DNA of 64,000 nt from the NCBI GenBank assembly GCA_910589035.1, contig CAJUSI010000010.1:3863-67862 (forward strand), in the 5' to 3' direction. The position numbers were made by a program, and so were the translations under genes. This document shows positions 9,387 to 19,377 of the stretch, in pieces. The notes beneath the pieces are model-generated. The model was not told where the DNA came from. It did no database searches and worked only from the letters and a program-made list of their open reading frames with translations. The stretch's first letter is position 1, and the number at the start of each line of letters is the position of its first letter. Source of the stretch: an uncultured Acetatifactor sp. (GTDB lineage: Bacteria > Bacillota > Clostridia > Lachnospirales > Lachnospiraceae).

Positions 9387-10277
9387 CTATTTTGATACAT
9401 ATTCCTGCATCATCATCAAAAACTTTTCCGCAGGCTTGGAAAAGACCTGATATTTTTTCCAGATCATATACATCTCAATCTCAATGGACGGTGACAGGGG
9501 ACGAAACGTAAGTCTGCTGTCACCGGAAGTATTGATGATACGGTCAAAACAGACAGCGTACCCCAAACCCTCTTCCACAAGCAGGGAAGCATTGAACAGC
9601 AGATTATAAGTCATAATGATATCAAGCTCCGAGAGGCGGCGATTCATCCACTGGGACATTCTGCCGCCCTCTGTTTCCTGCTGTGATATCAGCAATGGCT
9701 GGTCCCACAGGTCTTCCGGAGAGACAGATTCTTTTTCCGCCAAAGGTGAATCCTTCCGCATTAAGACTCCCCAGATATCCTTTGACGGGAGCTTTAATAC
9801 TTCATATTTCTTTGCATCCGGCGTTCCGAATATGATCCCGAAATCAATCAGCCCTTTATCCAGCTGCTCCCTGACAAAGGCGGCATTGCCGCTGGAAATA
9901 TGGTAATGGATTCCGGGATAAAGCTTTTTTAAGCTTCCGGCTGCTCTTGCCAGCAGGCGCATACCTTCTGTCTCTCCGGCGCCGATATAGACATCTCCGA
10001 CAACCACATTGTCGGAGCAGGTAATCTCATTTTCCGTTTTCTTTACCAGATCCAGAATTTCCTCAGCCCTTTTCCGAAGTATCATTCCCTCCTCCGTCAG
10101 CGTAACCTTGCGGGAACCCTTTGTGCCACGAATCAGGAGCTGCTTTCCCAGCTCCTCTTCCATGTTTTTAATCTGTGTGGAAAGTGTAGGCTGTGAGAGA
10201 TGAAGGGACTCGGCAGCCCGTATGATGCTCTGTTCTCTTGCGATGGCAAGAAAGTATTGAAGTACCCGTATTTCCAT
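9387..10277 (-). CDS. LysR-family transcriptional regulator
   Basis: MEIRVLQYFLAIAREQSIIRAAESLHLSQPTLS HTH; GGAGG RBS. Confidence 0.92.
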   Translation of the reverse strand: MEIRVLQYFLAIAREQSIIRAAESLHLSQPTLSTQIKNMEEELGKQLLIRGTKGSRKVTLTEEGMILRKRAEEILDLVKKTENEITCSDNVVVGDVYIGAGETEGMRLLARAAGSLKKLYPGIHYHISSGNAAFVREQLDKGLIDFGIIFGTPDAKKYEVLKLPSKDIWGVLMRKDSPLAEKESVSPEDLWDQPLLISQQETEGGRMSQWMNRRLSELDIIMTYNLLFNASLLVEEGLGYAVCFDRIINTSGDSRLTFRPLSPSIEIEMYMIWKKYQVFSKPAEKFLMMMQEYVSK

Positions 10278-10323
10278 ATTTCCTCCTTTTTGCCCGGTCT
10301 TTTGGGCATATAGGTACACCCGA

Positions 10324-10407
10324 AGGGTGCACAGGGATGAAAGAAGGATTTCCTGCCTGGACTATCTGGTTTATCAGATCCAGGGGCAATCTATGGGAAA
10401 GAGGTAG
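10324..10407 (+). pseudogene. 3' remnant of a small conserved hypothetical protein
   Basis: RVHRDERRISCLDYLVYQIQ...stop with no start; parallels the 10499 fragment. Confidence 0.5.
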
Positions 10408-10498
10408 GAGGAAAGGCTGATCCCTATCCTCCATTCGGCCATAGCGGCACGGCCTCCGGTCACATTGTTTTATACTGCAGACCGCCAGGATTTACATT

Positions 10499-10645
10499 GA
10501 TGCCTCCGTTCAGGAAGCAGTCAAAACACTGCGAAAGCATCGATGCAGCCTGATGGAAAGCCTTCATGAAAGTCAGAAGAAAGTTGACTGTCTTGACTTT
10601 CTGGTATGGCGTATGGAAAAGGAAAAAGAAAGCGAGGAATTGTAA
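10499..10645 (+). pseudogene. 3' remnant of the same small-protein family
   Basis: LRKHRCSLMESLHESQKKVDCLDFLVWRMEKE; stop abuts the start of the next gene. Confidence 0.55.
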
Positions 10646-10646
10646 A

Positions 10647-11648
10647 ATGGAAAATTCTGTAAAACTCAATTTGGCAAAGGAATGGGATAAGACATTCCCG
10701 AAAAGTGAAAAAGTGAACCACCGCAAGGTGACATTTATCAACCGCTATGGAATCACACTGGCAGCAGACCTTTATGAGCCGAAAAGGATGGAAGGAAGGC
10801 TGGCTGCAATCGCAGTATGCGGGCCCTTTGGCGCGGTGAAGGAACAGGCGGCCGGGCTGTACGCACAGACCATGGCGGAGAAGGGATTCCTTAGCATTGC
10901 CTTTGACCCGTCCTTTACAGGGGAAAGCGGAGGCACCCCCCGTTATATGGCATCGCCGGATATCAATACCGAGGATTTCCAGGCAGCGGTGGATTTCCTT
11001 TCCGTACAGGAGAATGTTGCCCCTGAGCGTATCGGTATCATCGGAATCTGTGGCTGGGGAGGCCTTGCCCTCAACGTGGCGGCGCTGGATACCCGCATTA
11101 AAGCGACGGTTGCCTCCACCATGTATGATATGGCCCGCGTCAATGCCAACGGGTATTTTGATGCGGAGAACTCTGCGGATGCGCGGCATGCAAAGAAGGA
11201 GGCCATGAACGCCCAGAGGATTGAGGATTATAAAAACGGCAGCTATGCCCTGGGCGGCGGGGTGGTAGATCCGCTTCCGGAGGATGCGCCTTTCTTCGTG
11301 GCGGATTATCATGATTACTATAAAACGGACCGTGGTTATCATAAACGTTCCCTGAATTCAAACGGCGGCTGGAATGTGATCGGCTGCATGTCCTTTCTGA
11401 ACCAGCCGATCCTTCAGTACAGCAATGAGATTCGCAGCGCAGTCCTTATCATGCACGGTGAGAAAGCACACTCCTGTTATTTCAGCCGCGATGCTTATGC
11501 CGCAATGGTGAAGGATAACCCTTATGCAGACAATAAGGAGCTGCTGATTATCCCGGATGCAGTCCATACGGACCTGTATGACGGCGGCGGAAAGGATGCG
11601 ATTCCGTTTGATAAGCTGGAACAGTTTTTTGAGGAAAACTTGAAGTAG
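10647..11648 (+). CDS. Alpha/beta hydrolase (YcjY-like)
   Basis: GPFGAVKEQ, FDPSFTGESGG, GICGWGG nucleophile elbow with Cys, HTDLYD. Confidence 0.85.
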   Translation: MENSVKLNLAKEWDKTFPKSEKVNHRKVTFINRYGITLAADLYEPKRMEGRLAAIAVCGPFGAVKEQAAGLYAQTMAEKGFLSIAFDPSFTGESGGTPRYMASPDINTEDFQAAVDFLSVQENVAPERIGIIGICGWGGLALNVAALDTRIKATVASTMYDMARVNANGYFDAENSADARHAKKEAMNAQRIEDYKNGSYALGGGVVDPLPEDAPFFVADYHDYYKTDRGYHKRSLNSNGGWNVIGCMSFLNQPILQYSNEIRSAVLIMHGEKAHSCYFSRDAYAAMVKDNPYADNKELLIIPDAVHTDLYDGGGKDAIPFDKLEQFFEENLK

Positions 11649-11672
11649 GCGTAAGGTCTGGAGGTGACAAAG

Positions 11673-12203
11673 ATGCGTATTTTAGTATTGAACGGAAGCC
11701 CCCGTACAAAGGGCAATACGAAGCGGATGGTGGAGGCGTTCCAAAAAGGCGCGGAATCTGCCGGCCATCAGGTAAATGTGGTTGATGTGTGCAGGAAAAA
11801 GATCGCAGGCTGTCTGGCCTGCGAGTACTGCCATACGAAAGGAAACGGCGTCTGTGTGCAGAAAGACGATATGCAGGAAGTCTATTCCCTGCTGATGGAG
11901 GCAGATATGCTTGTCATTGCTTCGCCTATCTATTATCACGGCATTTCAGGGCAGTTAAAATGTACCATTGACCGATTTTATTCCGCCGCATATCCGAAGA
12001 AACCCAGGAGCCTGAAAAAAGCGGCCATGATATTAAGCTCCGGTGATCCACAAATGTACGACGGCGCGATGTTTTCCTACAGGGGAGATTTTCTGGAATA
12101 CCTGGGTCTGGAGGATATGGGGGTGTTTACGGCTTACGGCGCGGAAAACGGTTCGGCTTCAAAGCTGAAAGAACTGGAGAGCTTTGGGAGAACGCTGAAA
12201 TAG
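11673..12203 (+). CDS. Flavodoxin family / iron-sulfur flavoprotein (NADPH-dependent FMN reductase)
   Basis: LNGSPRTKGNT, CLACEYC...C, ASPIYY. Confidence 0.85.
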   Translation: MRILVLNGSPRTKGNTKRMVEAFQKGAESAGHQVNVVDVCRKKIAGCLACEYCHTKGNGVCVQKDDMQEVYSLLMEADMLVIASPIYYHGISGQLKCTIDRFYSAAYPKKPRSLKKAAMILSSGDPQMYDGAMFSYRGDFLEYLGLEDMGVFTAYGAENGSASKLKELESFGRTLK

Positions 12204-12220
12204 CGGTAAGGGAGGCGGTA

Positions 12221-12850
12221 AATGAGAAAATTTTTTCGTCTGCTATTCGTTTTTTATTGGTGTTTCCTGTGGCAGCGTGCGGGCAGAACAGGGAAGAGGA
12301 AGGCGGGACAGCCGTAGATGCTGAAATAATCCCGGTAACAGATGCTGCGGAACCTGCACAGGAAACAAAAACTGCGTCTGATGCTGCAGATAGCGGGGCG
12401 GAGACAGGGGAAGAAACAAATGCAAAAGCAGAGTTTGACTTTGAAACGAAGACGGTGATGTTAAACAGCGGATACGAGATGCCGATCAACGGTCTTGGAA
12501 CATACAGCCTTCATGGTGATGAGTGTATCAATTCTGTGAAATCTGCGCTGTCAAATGGTGTCCGCCTGATTGATACCGCATCTGCTTATGGCAATGAGGA
12601 GGAAATCGGGCAGGCAGTCCGGGAAGCGATAGACGAAGGAATCATACAGCGGGAGGATATCTTTGTTACGACAAAAATCTATCCGGGCAGTGAGATGGAA
12701 AATCCGGAGCAATCGATTCAGGCCTGTCTTGACCGGCTGGATATCGGCTATGTAGACTTGGTGCTCTTGCATCATCCCGATCCCAATGATGTGGAGGCGT
12801 ACAAAGTGATGGAAAAACAGAAAGGTATGCCGCGGTATCAGGCATTGTGA
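12221..12850 (+). pseudogene. Lipoprotein-anchored aldo/keto reductase, frameshifted and 3'-truncated
   Basis: ATG 12221 is out of frame with the VAAC lipobox by one T in a T6 run; AKR motifs GLGT, IDTASAYGNE, TTK, LLHHP; stops after about half the barrel. Confidence 0.75.
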
Positions 12851-12934
12851 GTGTACATAAATGCATGCCAGGAAAAGGAAAACATGGAAAGTGACCATTA
12901 AGAAAAAAATCAGATTATCCAAGGAAGCGGTGCA

Positions 12935-13722
12935 TTGCTGGGGATGCTCCTTGCAATTCCGGTATCAGGACGGATCAGTCGGATGATGGTCACTACCACA
13001 GGGGTACTGCTTCCCACTCGTTTTCCGATCCTGCCCTGTATGGGGGTTTTAGTTGTACTCCTGTTACTATCCGCAGGCTTTTGTTTCCTGCGTCTCGGGA
13101 GGCTTGGCAGGATTTCTCCAATGGCAGCCATCCGCAGGGAAAATGGGGAGCAGGGCAAAACAGGAAAGCGAAACAGAGGCTGTGCCCGGGAATCAGATTT
13201 TGAAATGCATGGGACTTCCGAAAAAATTATGGGATACAGAAAGCGGATTCCCCCCATCCGGGCAAAGGGGCTTACGTTCCATCTGGCACTGCGCCAGGTC
13301 TTGACGGGGAGAAAACGTTATATCAGCGCCTGTCTGGTGGCGGCCATGCTGGTGTTCTTCGCTTCTCTGGCAGGCAGGATAAACGGCTGGCTTGGAACAG
13401 ACGGGAAGAGGATGAAGTGGTGCTGACAGAGGTTCTGGCGGCAGATCTGGGAGCAGAGGTAGGGGATCTGGTGACAATCCGGGGAAATAAGGGCAGCAGA
13501 GAGTTCAAAGTTTCCGGCATTTACCACTGTGCCAATGATATGGGGGCAAACTTAGGGATGAACAAGGAGGGGTATCTCTCTATCGGAGAGGATGACAGCC
13601 GCTTGTGGTGCTATCACTATTTTTTAAACGATACCATTGCCGATGCAGACGGAGCCGGTGCGACAGAAATGCAGGTGAATCCTCTGCGGATATGGATTCC
13701 ACGAAAGCCCAAAGCCTCATAG
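12935..13722 (+). pseudogene. Fragments of an ABC transporter permease (FtsX-like)
   Basis: Two short frames: TM helices and ISPMAAIR, then LAADLGAEVGDLVTI...FKVSGIY periplasmic motif. Confidence 0.65.
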
Positions 13723-14973
13723 CGAAATATTCTGATGGAACACCTCATTTGCCACGATGGCGATAGCGCCCATAAGGGGGCCGTCATTGTTGAAATAGGA
13801 GTGCAGAATCTCTACATTATTCTTTTCCGGCGGGGAGTAATCCCGCATTTTCTCGTACAATATTTTCTCCAGAATATAAGAGGAGGACAGAGCGTCATAT
13901 CCTACGATAATGGTGGAGAAATCCAGAAGCCGCAGAAGGTTGGCCAGGGCGTGGGCCAGGTAGCCGCAGAACTCGTCCAGAGCGGCTACGGCGATGGGAT
14001 CTCCCCCGGAGGCAAAATTGATCACATCGGACCTGGACGGACTTTTTAGCTTTTTAAAGGCGGAATCCGGGAAAAGGGGCAGCAACTCCGATATTTTCTT
14101 CCGCATCCGGTCGATACTGGCATAGGATTCCAGGCAGCCCCGGTTGCCGCAGGAACACCTGGGACCGTTGAAATTGATGGAGGTATGGCCGATTTCGCCG
14201 CTCTGCCCGGAGAAACCATTGAACAGGGCGCCGTTTAAAACGAAGCCCAGTCCGATTCCCTCCGATATATGAAGATATACGAAGTTCTCGTAGGGGCCGC
14301 CCCGTCCGTAAATCTTTTCCACCAGGGCGCCCGCATGGGCGTCATGAATCAGGTAGGTGGGCAGCCCTGTGTGGGCGCTGACAATCTCTGTCAGCGGGAT
14401 GTAGGACAGACCCCAGAAGTTGGAGGGATTCAGGAGATATCCTGTGGTACTGTCCAGAGGGCCGATACTGGAGATGCCGCAGCCGATGATCCTGCGGCTC
14501 GTGCGGGAAGCGAGAGCGTCGTACTGGGACAGAAGCATGGAAATCAGAGCTTCGCGGGAGAGGCTGCCCTGATAATACATCTTCGACATATCGATAATGC
14601 TTCCGGAAATATCCGCCAGGACCGCCTGGGTGTGGGTTCTTGTGATCCACAAACCGCAGATACACGGCGAGAGGCCGGAAATATGCAGGGGGATGGGGTG
14701 GCGCCCCAGGACATTCTCGGCCTGACCCTGGGAATCCCGCTCTACGACGATCCCTTTCCGGATCAGCTCCGCCACATGATTGCTGATGGTCATTTTGCTT
14801 AAACCTGTTTTCCTGGCCAGATCGATGCGGGAGACAGGCGTCCGGCTGGTGGCAATAAGGCGCACCAATGTGCTGTCTATGGCCTTTTTGGATTCTTTTC
14901 TGTTATCCGAATGCTGCCCGGTTCCGCCCGGATGCTGCCCGGTGCTGCCCGGGTGCTGACTGCTGTTTGTCAT
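13717..14973 (-). CDS. ROK-family transcriptional repressor (XylR/NagC-like)
   Basis: SRIDLARKTGLSKMTIS HTH; GEIGH; CSCGNRGCLE. Confidence 0.9.
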   Translation of the reverse strand: MTNSSQHPGSTGQHPGGTGQHSDNRKESKKAIDSTLVRLIATSRTPVSRIDLARKTGLSKMTISNHVAELIRKGIVVERDSQGQAENVLGRHPIPLHISGLSPCICGLWITRTHTQAVLADISGSIIDMSKMYYQGSLSREALISMLLSQYDALASRTSRRIIGCGISSIGPLDSTTGYLLNPSNFWGLSYIPLTEIVSAHTGLPTYLIHDAHAGALVEKIYGRGGPYENFVYLHISEGIGLGFVLNGALFNGFSGQSGEIGHTSINFNGPRCSCGNRGCLESYASIDRMRKKISELLPLFPDSAFKKLKSPSRSDVINFASGGDPIAVAALDEFCGYLAHALANLLRLLDFSTIIVGYDALSSSYILEKILYEKMRDYSPPEKNNVEILHSYFNNDGPLMGAIAIVANEVFHQNISL

Positions 14974-15030
14974 GGAAGCTTCTCCTCTCTTGAACCCTTC
15001 TGTTCCTGTCTGTTCTGACGGACATTCAAA

Positions 15031-15322
15031 CCCGCAGCTTGCTGCGGGGCGCTTCATTCAAACCTTTGGAATTTGGATTTTTCTGATTTCGCTATAACTC
15101 ATTACACTGTAATCCTATTAAGCTGTAACGCCTTTTGTTAGGTATACCATTTATGAAAAAGCCGGAGAAATCAAGGTATTCTCTAAATTTACAACAACCT
15201 GATCAGATATGCTGTTGCAGGATCCGTTCTAATAAAATTATTCATTTTACAGCACTTTGCAGCTTATGGCATACCAAATTTGAATCTAAAAGAGGGTTCA
15301 TTCCCCGCAGCTTGCTGCGGGG
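15031..15322. repeat. Pair of REP-like palindromes CCCGCAGCTTGCTGCGGG flanking an AT-rich spacer
   Basis: Copies at 15031-15048 and 15303-15322. Confidence 0.75.
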
Positions 15323-15620
15323 AGTTTCATTTAAGTTGAAAGTTCTATTTTATGCACTGGATCATGTATTTTATAACTCTCCAGTATAATCATTATCGCA
15401 TAAAATCAGGTTTGCATAATATTGGCTGCGACATATCTATATTCTTGCATAATATGGGAGTTTACCATTTCTAATATGCTATGCACAGGTATTCAGGCGT
15501 GTAAATAAACAGGTAAAGTGCTGATATAATTCTCAGCTCAGTATGCACCCCTGTTTCCAGGAGCCAGGGTATAATCCATTATAGAGTATAAAAGACAGAT
15601 TGTACAGATATTTTTGCAAC

Positions 15621-15651
15621 TTAGTAAATTAATAGAACAAAGATTTACTAA
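15621..15651. promoter_or_regulatory. Putative ROK repressor operator
   Basis: TTAGTAAAT-N13-ATTTACTAA inverted repeat between the divergent ROK gene and sugar operon. Confidence 0.45.
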
Positions 15652-15908
15652 TAGTGAGCAAAGAATAAAAGCGGCCCCTGAAGATAAACAAAAATATGGC
15701 AGAATGAACAAAAAAATAATAAAACCGGGATTAAATTGCATGGGAAAAGAACATAGTGTATGATACATGTAAGCCCGGGAAGATGGTATAGTAAATATAA
15801 GTGATTAATCTGGAAATTGACGGAGATTGCACCTGAGATCAGGAGGAAGACCAGGAGGATCCGGTATCCTGAATATCCGGCGTCGCGGAATCCGGAAAGG
15901 GGAAGGGG

Positions 15909-16532
15909 ATGGAGGACAGGAGAAAGGAGAGCATTTATTTTAATCTGTTATTTCAGCGGCATCCTGAACTGCTTCCGCTGCAGGAGAAGGTCTGGGACAG
16001 TTATGAACTGCTCCGGGAGGTGTACCGCAGCCAGGGGAAGCTGCTGATCTGCGGCAACGGCGGAAGTGCGGCGGATGCGGATCATATTGTGGGGGAACTG
16101 ATGAAGGGCTTCCTCAAAAAAAGAGAGCTTCCCGAAGAAAAAACGCTCCTGTTCGGAGAATTGGCGCGGGGACTGCAGGGGGCATTGCCGGCAATCGCCC
16201 TGACACAGCATGGAGCGTTAAGTACGGCTTATATGAATGACGCGGAACCATCCATGATATTTGCCCAGCAGGTATATGGATATGGGAAGCCGGAGGATGC
16301 CCTGCTTGCGATTTCCACTTCGGGAAATTCCCTCAATGTGAATAATGCGGTCAAGGTAGCGAAAAAATGTGGAATAAGGATAATCGGCATGACGGGAAAG
16401 GACGGCGGTCTGCTGAGAAGGCTTGCCGACATATGCATTACGGTTCCGGAGTCGGAGACGGCCTATGTGCAGGAGGAGCATATAGCTGTTTATCACACCT
16501 TATGTGCGATGCTGGAAGAATATTTTTTCTAA
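15909..16532 (+). CDS. SIS-domain sugar isomerase, GmhA (phosphoheptose isomerase)-like
   Basis: CGNGGSAADADH, AISTSGNS, MTGKDGG, VQEEH. Confidence 0.85.
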   Translation: MEDRRKESIYFNLLFQRHPELLPLQEKVWDSYELLREVYRSQGKLLICGNGGSAADADHIVGELMKGFLKKRELPEEKTLLFGELARGLQGALPAIALTQHGALSTAYMNDAEPSMIFAQQVYGYGKPEDALLAISTSGNSLNVNNAVKVAKKCGIRIIGMTGKDGGLLRRLADICITVPESETAYVQEEHIAVYHTLCAMLEEYFF

Positions 16533-16664
16533 ACATAAAATTATGGAAAGCGACTTTATATTGGCACACATTATTGATCGTATATCCTGAAATGACGTTC
16601 CAAAATGGCAACACACTATCTGGTATACGAGAAAACCCGGCGGACGGGTATCGGAGGTATGAGA

Positions 16665-18368
16665 ATGAAGAAGATGCAGTGCAGGAAAGTATTCGGCGGT
16701 TTGATGGCAGGAGTTTTGCTGGCAATGAGTCTGGCGGCCTGTGGCAGTCCCGACGACGGCGGGACGCCTTCGTCAGCAGGAAATTCGGAGAGCGGCGGCA
16801 GCCGGTCGGAAAGCGGTGGGTCGCAGGCGGAAGGGGCGGCAATGGAGCCGGGGCCTCTGGGAAAGTACGGGGAGGAGATCACGCTGACCACGGTGAGGAC
16901 ACTGGACTCCACCGTGAAGTTTGAGCCGGGCAACCCGGACCGGGCTTCCCTGGAAGAAAATATCTGGCAGCGCTCCTACAAGGAGGAGCTTGGCATCAAT
17001 CTGGAATATCTGTGGACGCCGAACACGGAGCAGTATGAGCAGAAATGGAACGCTGCCATGGCGACACAGGACCTGCCGGATTTTGCGGTGGTGGGACCTG
17101 CCATATACAAGGAGCTGGTGGAAGCGGATCTGGTGATGGATATGACGGATATTTTTGACCAGTATGCCAGCGATCTGTACAGGCAGTATGTGGAGGCGGA
17201 AGACGGACTGGCAGTGAACTTTATGACCTTTGGAGGAAGAATGTACGGCCTGCCGCACACGGGAACCACGGCGGATAATATCACGGTGATGTTCATCCGC
17301 AGGGACTGGCTGGAAAAGGTGGAAAGGGATGTCCCCAAAACCATGGAGGAGCTTCGGGATACGGTGAAGGCATTCCAGGATGCCAGGCTGGGAGGAGAGG
17401 ACACCGTGGGGATCTCTCTGAGCAATACGCTCCTGGCCGGAATCCATACCACCAACGGGCTGTTTGAGGGATACGGCGCTTATTATGACACCTGGGTGGA
17501 GGACGGCAGCGGCGGTCTGGCCTACGGGACGATTCGGCCGGAAATGCGGGAAGCCCTGCTGGGACTTCAGCAGATGTACAAGGATGGCATGTTCCGCCAG
17601 GATTTTGCCACCATCGACGGCACCAAGGCGGGAGAGGATGTGGCTTCGGGGAAATGCGGTATCGTATTCGGCACCTTCTGGGCGCCTCTGAATTCCGTCA
17701 ATGACAGCATCATGGCCGACGAGAAGGCGGACTGGATCGTCTGCGATATTCCCACGGTGGACGGAAGTCCTTACAAGTCGGTGGCTACGGGTTCTCCTGC
17801 TCAGTACATCTTTGTGAACAAGAACTGCGAACATCCGGAGGCGGTAGTGAAGCTGCTGAATCTGAACTGTGAGATCAAGGCCTCCGGCGACAGAAAGCAT
17901 GAGGTGGATGAAGACGGATTTGAGGCCTTTAAGTACAAGGTTGCCTGTGACATGAGCGAGGCTTATTACAACCTGAAGAGCTATTATGTGGTGAAGGAGG
18001 CCCTGGACAGCGGCGACACTTCGAAGATTCCTTCAGATATGCAGAGCTGCTACGACGATGTGGTCAAGGGACTGGAAGGAGACCGGTCCATGCTGGGCTA
18101 TGCGCTGGTATTCGGCCCCGGCGGCACCTATGAGAAAGTGGGAGAACTGAGGGATGCCGGACGGATCGTCCAGAGTGCGTACACAACCTTCCAGACGGAT
18201 ACCATGCTGGAGAAGAGCGCCGATCTGAATCAGAATCTGGCGGCTGCCATCCAGAAGGTCATTCTGGGAGCGGATATCAGTGTGTTCGACGAGGCTGTGG
18301 AAACCTGGAAGAGCACCGGCGGGGATACCATCACCCAGGAAGTGAACGACTGGTACAAGGCGCAGTGA
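16665..18368 (+). CDS. Carbohydrate ABC transporter substrate-binding lipoprotein
   Basis: GGAGGT RBS, SLAAC lipobox, IRRDWLEK..PKT motif. Confidence 0.88.
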   Translation: MKKMQCRKVFGGLMAGVLLAMSLAACGSPDDGGTPSSAGNSESGGSRSESGGSQAEGAAMEPGPLGKYGEEITLTTVRTLDSTVKFEPGNPDRASLEENIWQRSYKEELGINLEYLWTPNTEQYEQKWNAAMATQDLPDFAVVGPAIYKELVEADLVMDMTDIFDQYASDLYRQYVEAEDGLAVNFMTFGGRMYGLPHTGTTADNITVMFIRRDWLEKVERDVPKTMEELRDTVKAFQDARLGGEDTVGISLSNTLLAGIHTTNGLFEGYGAYYDTWVEDGSGGLAYGTIRPEMREALLGLQQMYKDGMFRQDFATIDGTKAGEDVASGKCGIVFGTFWAPLNSVNDSIMADEKADWIVCDIPTVDGSPYKSVATGSPAQYIFVNKNCEHPEAVVKLLNLNCEIKASGDRKHEVDEDGFEAFKYKVACDMSEAYYNLKSYYVVKEALDSGDTSKIPSDMQSCYDDVVKGLEGDRSMLGYALVFGPGGTYEKVGELRDAGRIVQSAYTTFQTDTMLEKSADLNQNLAAAIQKVILGADISVFDEAVETWKSTGGDTITQEVNDWYKAQ

Positions 18369-18468
18369 GATCAGGCGCATACCGACGCCCGGAGCATGTA
18401 CCCGCAATGCTCCGGGATAACGTCAGGAAACCGGGGAATAGGATTATATAGGAGAGGAGTGCTTTTGC

Positions 18469-19362
18469 ATGAAGAAGCTGAAAAGGGAATGGCCGTTTCA
18501 TTTGATGCTGCTGCCGGCCGTGGTTATGGTTATTATATTCTGTTACGCTCCCATGGCAGGGATATCGCTTGCCTTTCTGGATTACAAACCGGCCCGGGGT
18601 CTTGCAAAAGCGCCCTTTGTGGGATGGAAGCATTTTGAGACTCTGTTTTCCAATCCCAATTTCTTCCTGGCATTGAAAAATACGGTGATCATTGCAGGAT
18701 GGAAGCTGGCCACGGGGCTGGCGGTGCCCCTGGCTCTTGCGCTGCTGCTGAATGAAATCCGGAAGAGCTGGTTCAAGAGGCTGACCCAGACGCTGGTCTA
18801 TCTGCCCTATTTTATCTCCTGGGTGCTGATGGCCGGGATTATCATAGACATCTTCTCACCCACGGGCGGGATCGTCAACAGAGGGCTGGAAATGCTGGGC
18901 GCGGAGCCCGTCTATTTTCTGGGGGACAACAGCTGGACCAGATTCACCATTGTCCTCACCAATATATGGAAGGAAGCCGGATGGGGAACCATTATTTTCA
19001 TGGCGGCGCTCACGGGAATCGACCTGAATCTGTATGAGGCGGCGGTGATTGACGGAGCCGGGAGGCTGAAGCAGATGTGGCATGTGACGCTGCCGGGGAT
19101 TATTCCCACCGTGGTCCTGGTGGGAACCCTGAGCCTGAGCAATGTGCTGAATGCGGGATTTGACCAGATCTATAACCTGATGAGCGGTGTGACCATGGAG
19201 ACGCTGGATATCATCGACACTCTGGTATACAGAATCGGCGTGGAGAACGGCCAGTACAGCCTTGCCACCGCCGCCGGACTGTTTAAATCAGTGGTGTCCT
19301 GCTTTTTCATTGTTCTGTCCTATAAACTGGCGGACAGGTTTGCCGGATACAAGATTTTCTAG
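18469..19362 (+). CDS. Carbohydrate ABC transporter permease (LplB-like)
   Basis: LYEAAVIDGAGR EAA motif; multiple TM helices. Confidence 0.9.
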   Translation: MKKLKREWPFHLMLLPAVVMVIIFCYAPMAGISLAFLDYKPARGLAKAPFVGWKHFETLFSNPNFFLALKNTVIIAGWKLATGLAVPLALALLLNEIRKSWFKRLTQTLVYLPYFISWVLMAGIIIDIFSPTGGIVNRGLEMLGAEPVYFLGDNSWTRFTIVLTNIWKEAGWGTIIFMAALTGIDLNLYEAAVIDGAGRLKQMWHVTLPGIIPTVVLVGTLSLSNVLNAGFDQIYNLMSGVTMETLDIIDTLVYRIGVENGQYSLATAAGLFKSVVSCFFIVLSYKLADRFAGYKIF

Positions 19363-19377
19363 GGGGGAGGTGTAAGC

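Noticed and set aside
15409..15460. dif site, suggested by TTGCATAATAT occurring twice
   Set aside because: No XerD-type arm (TTATGTTAAA-like) at the correct spacing
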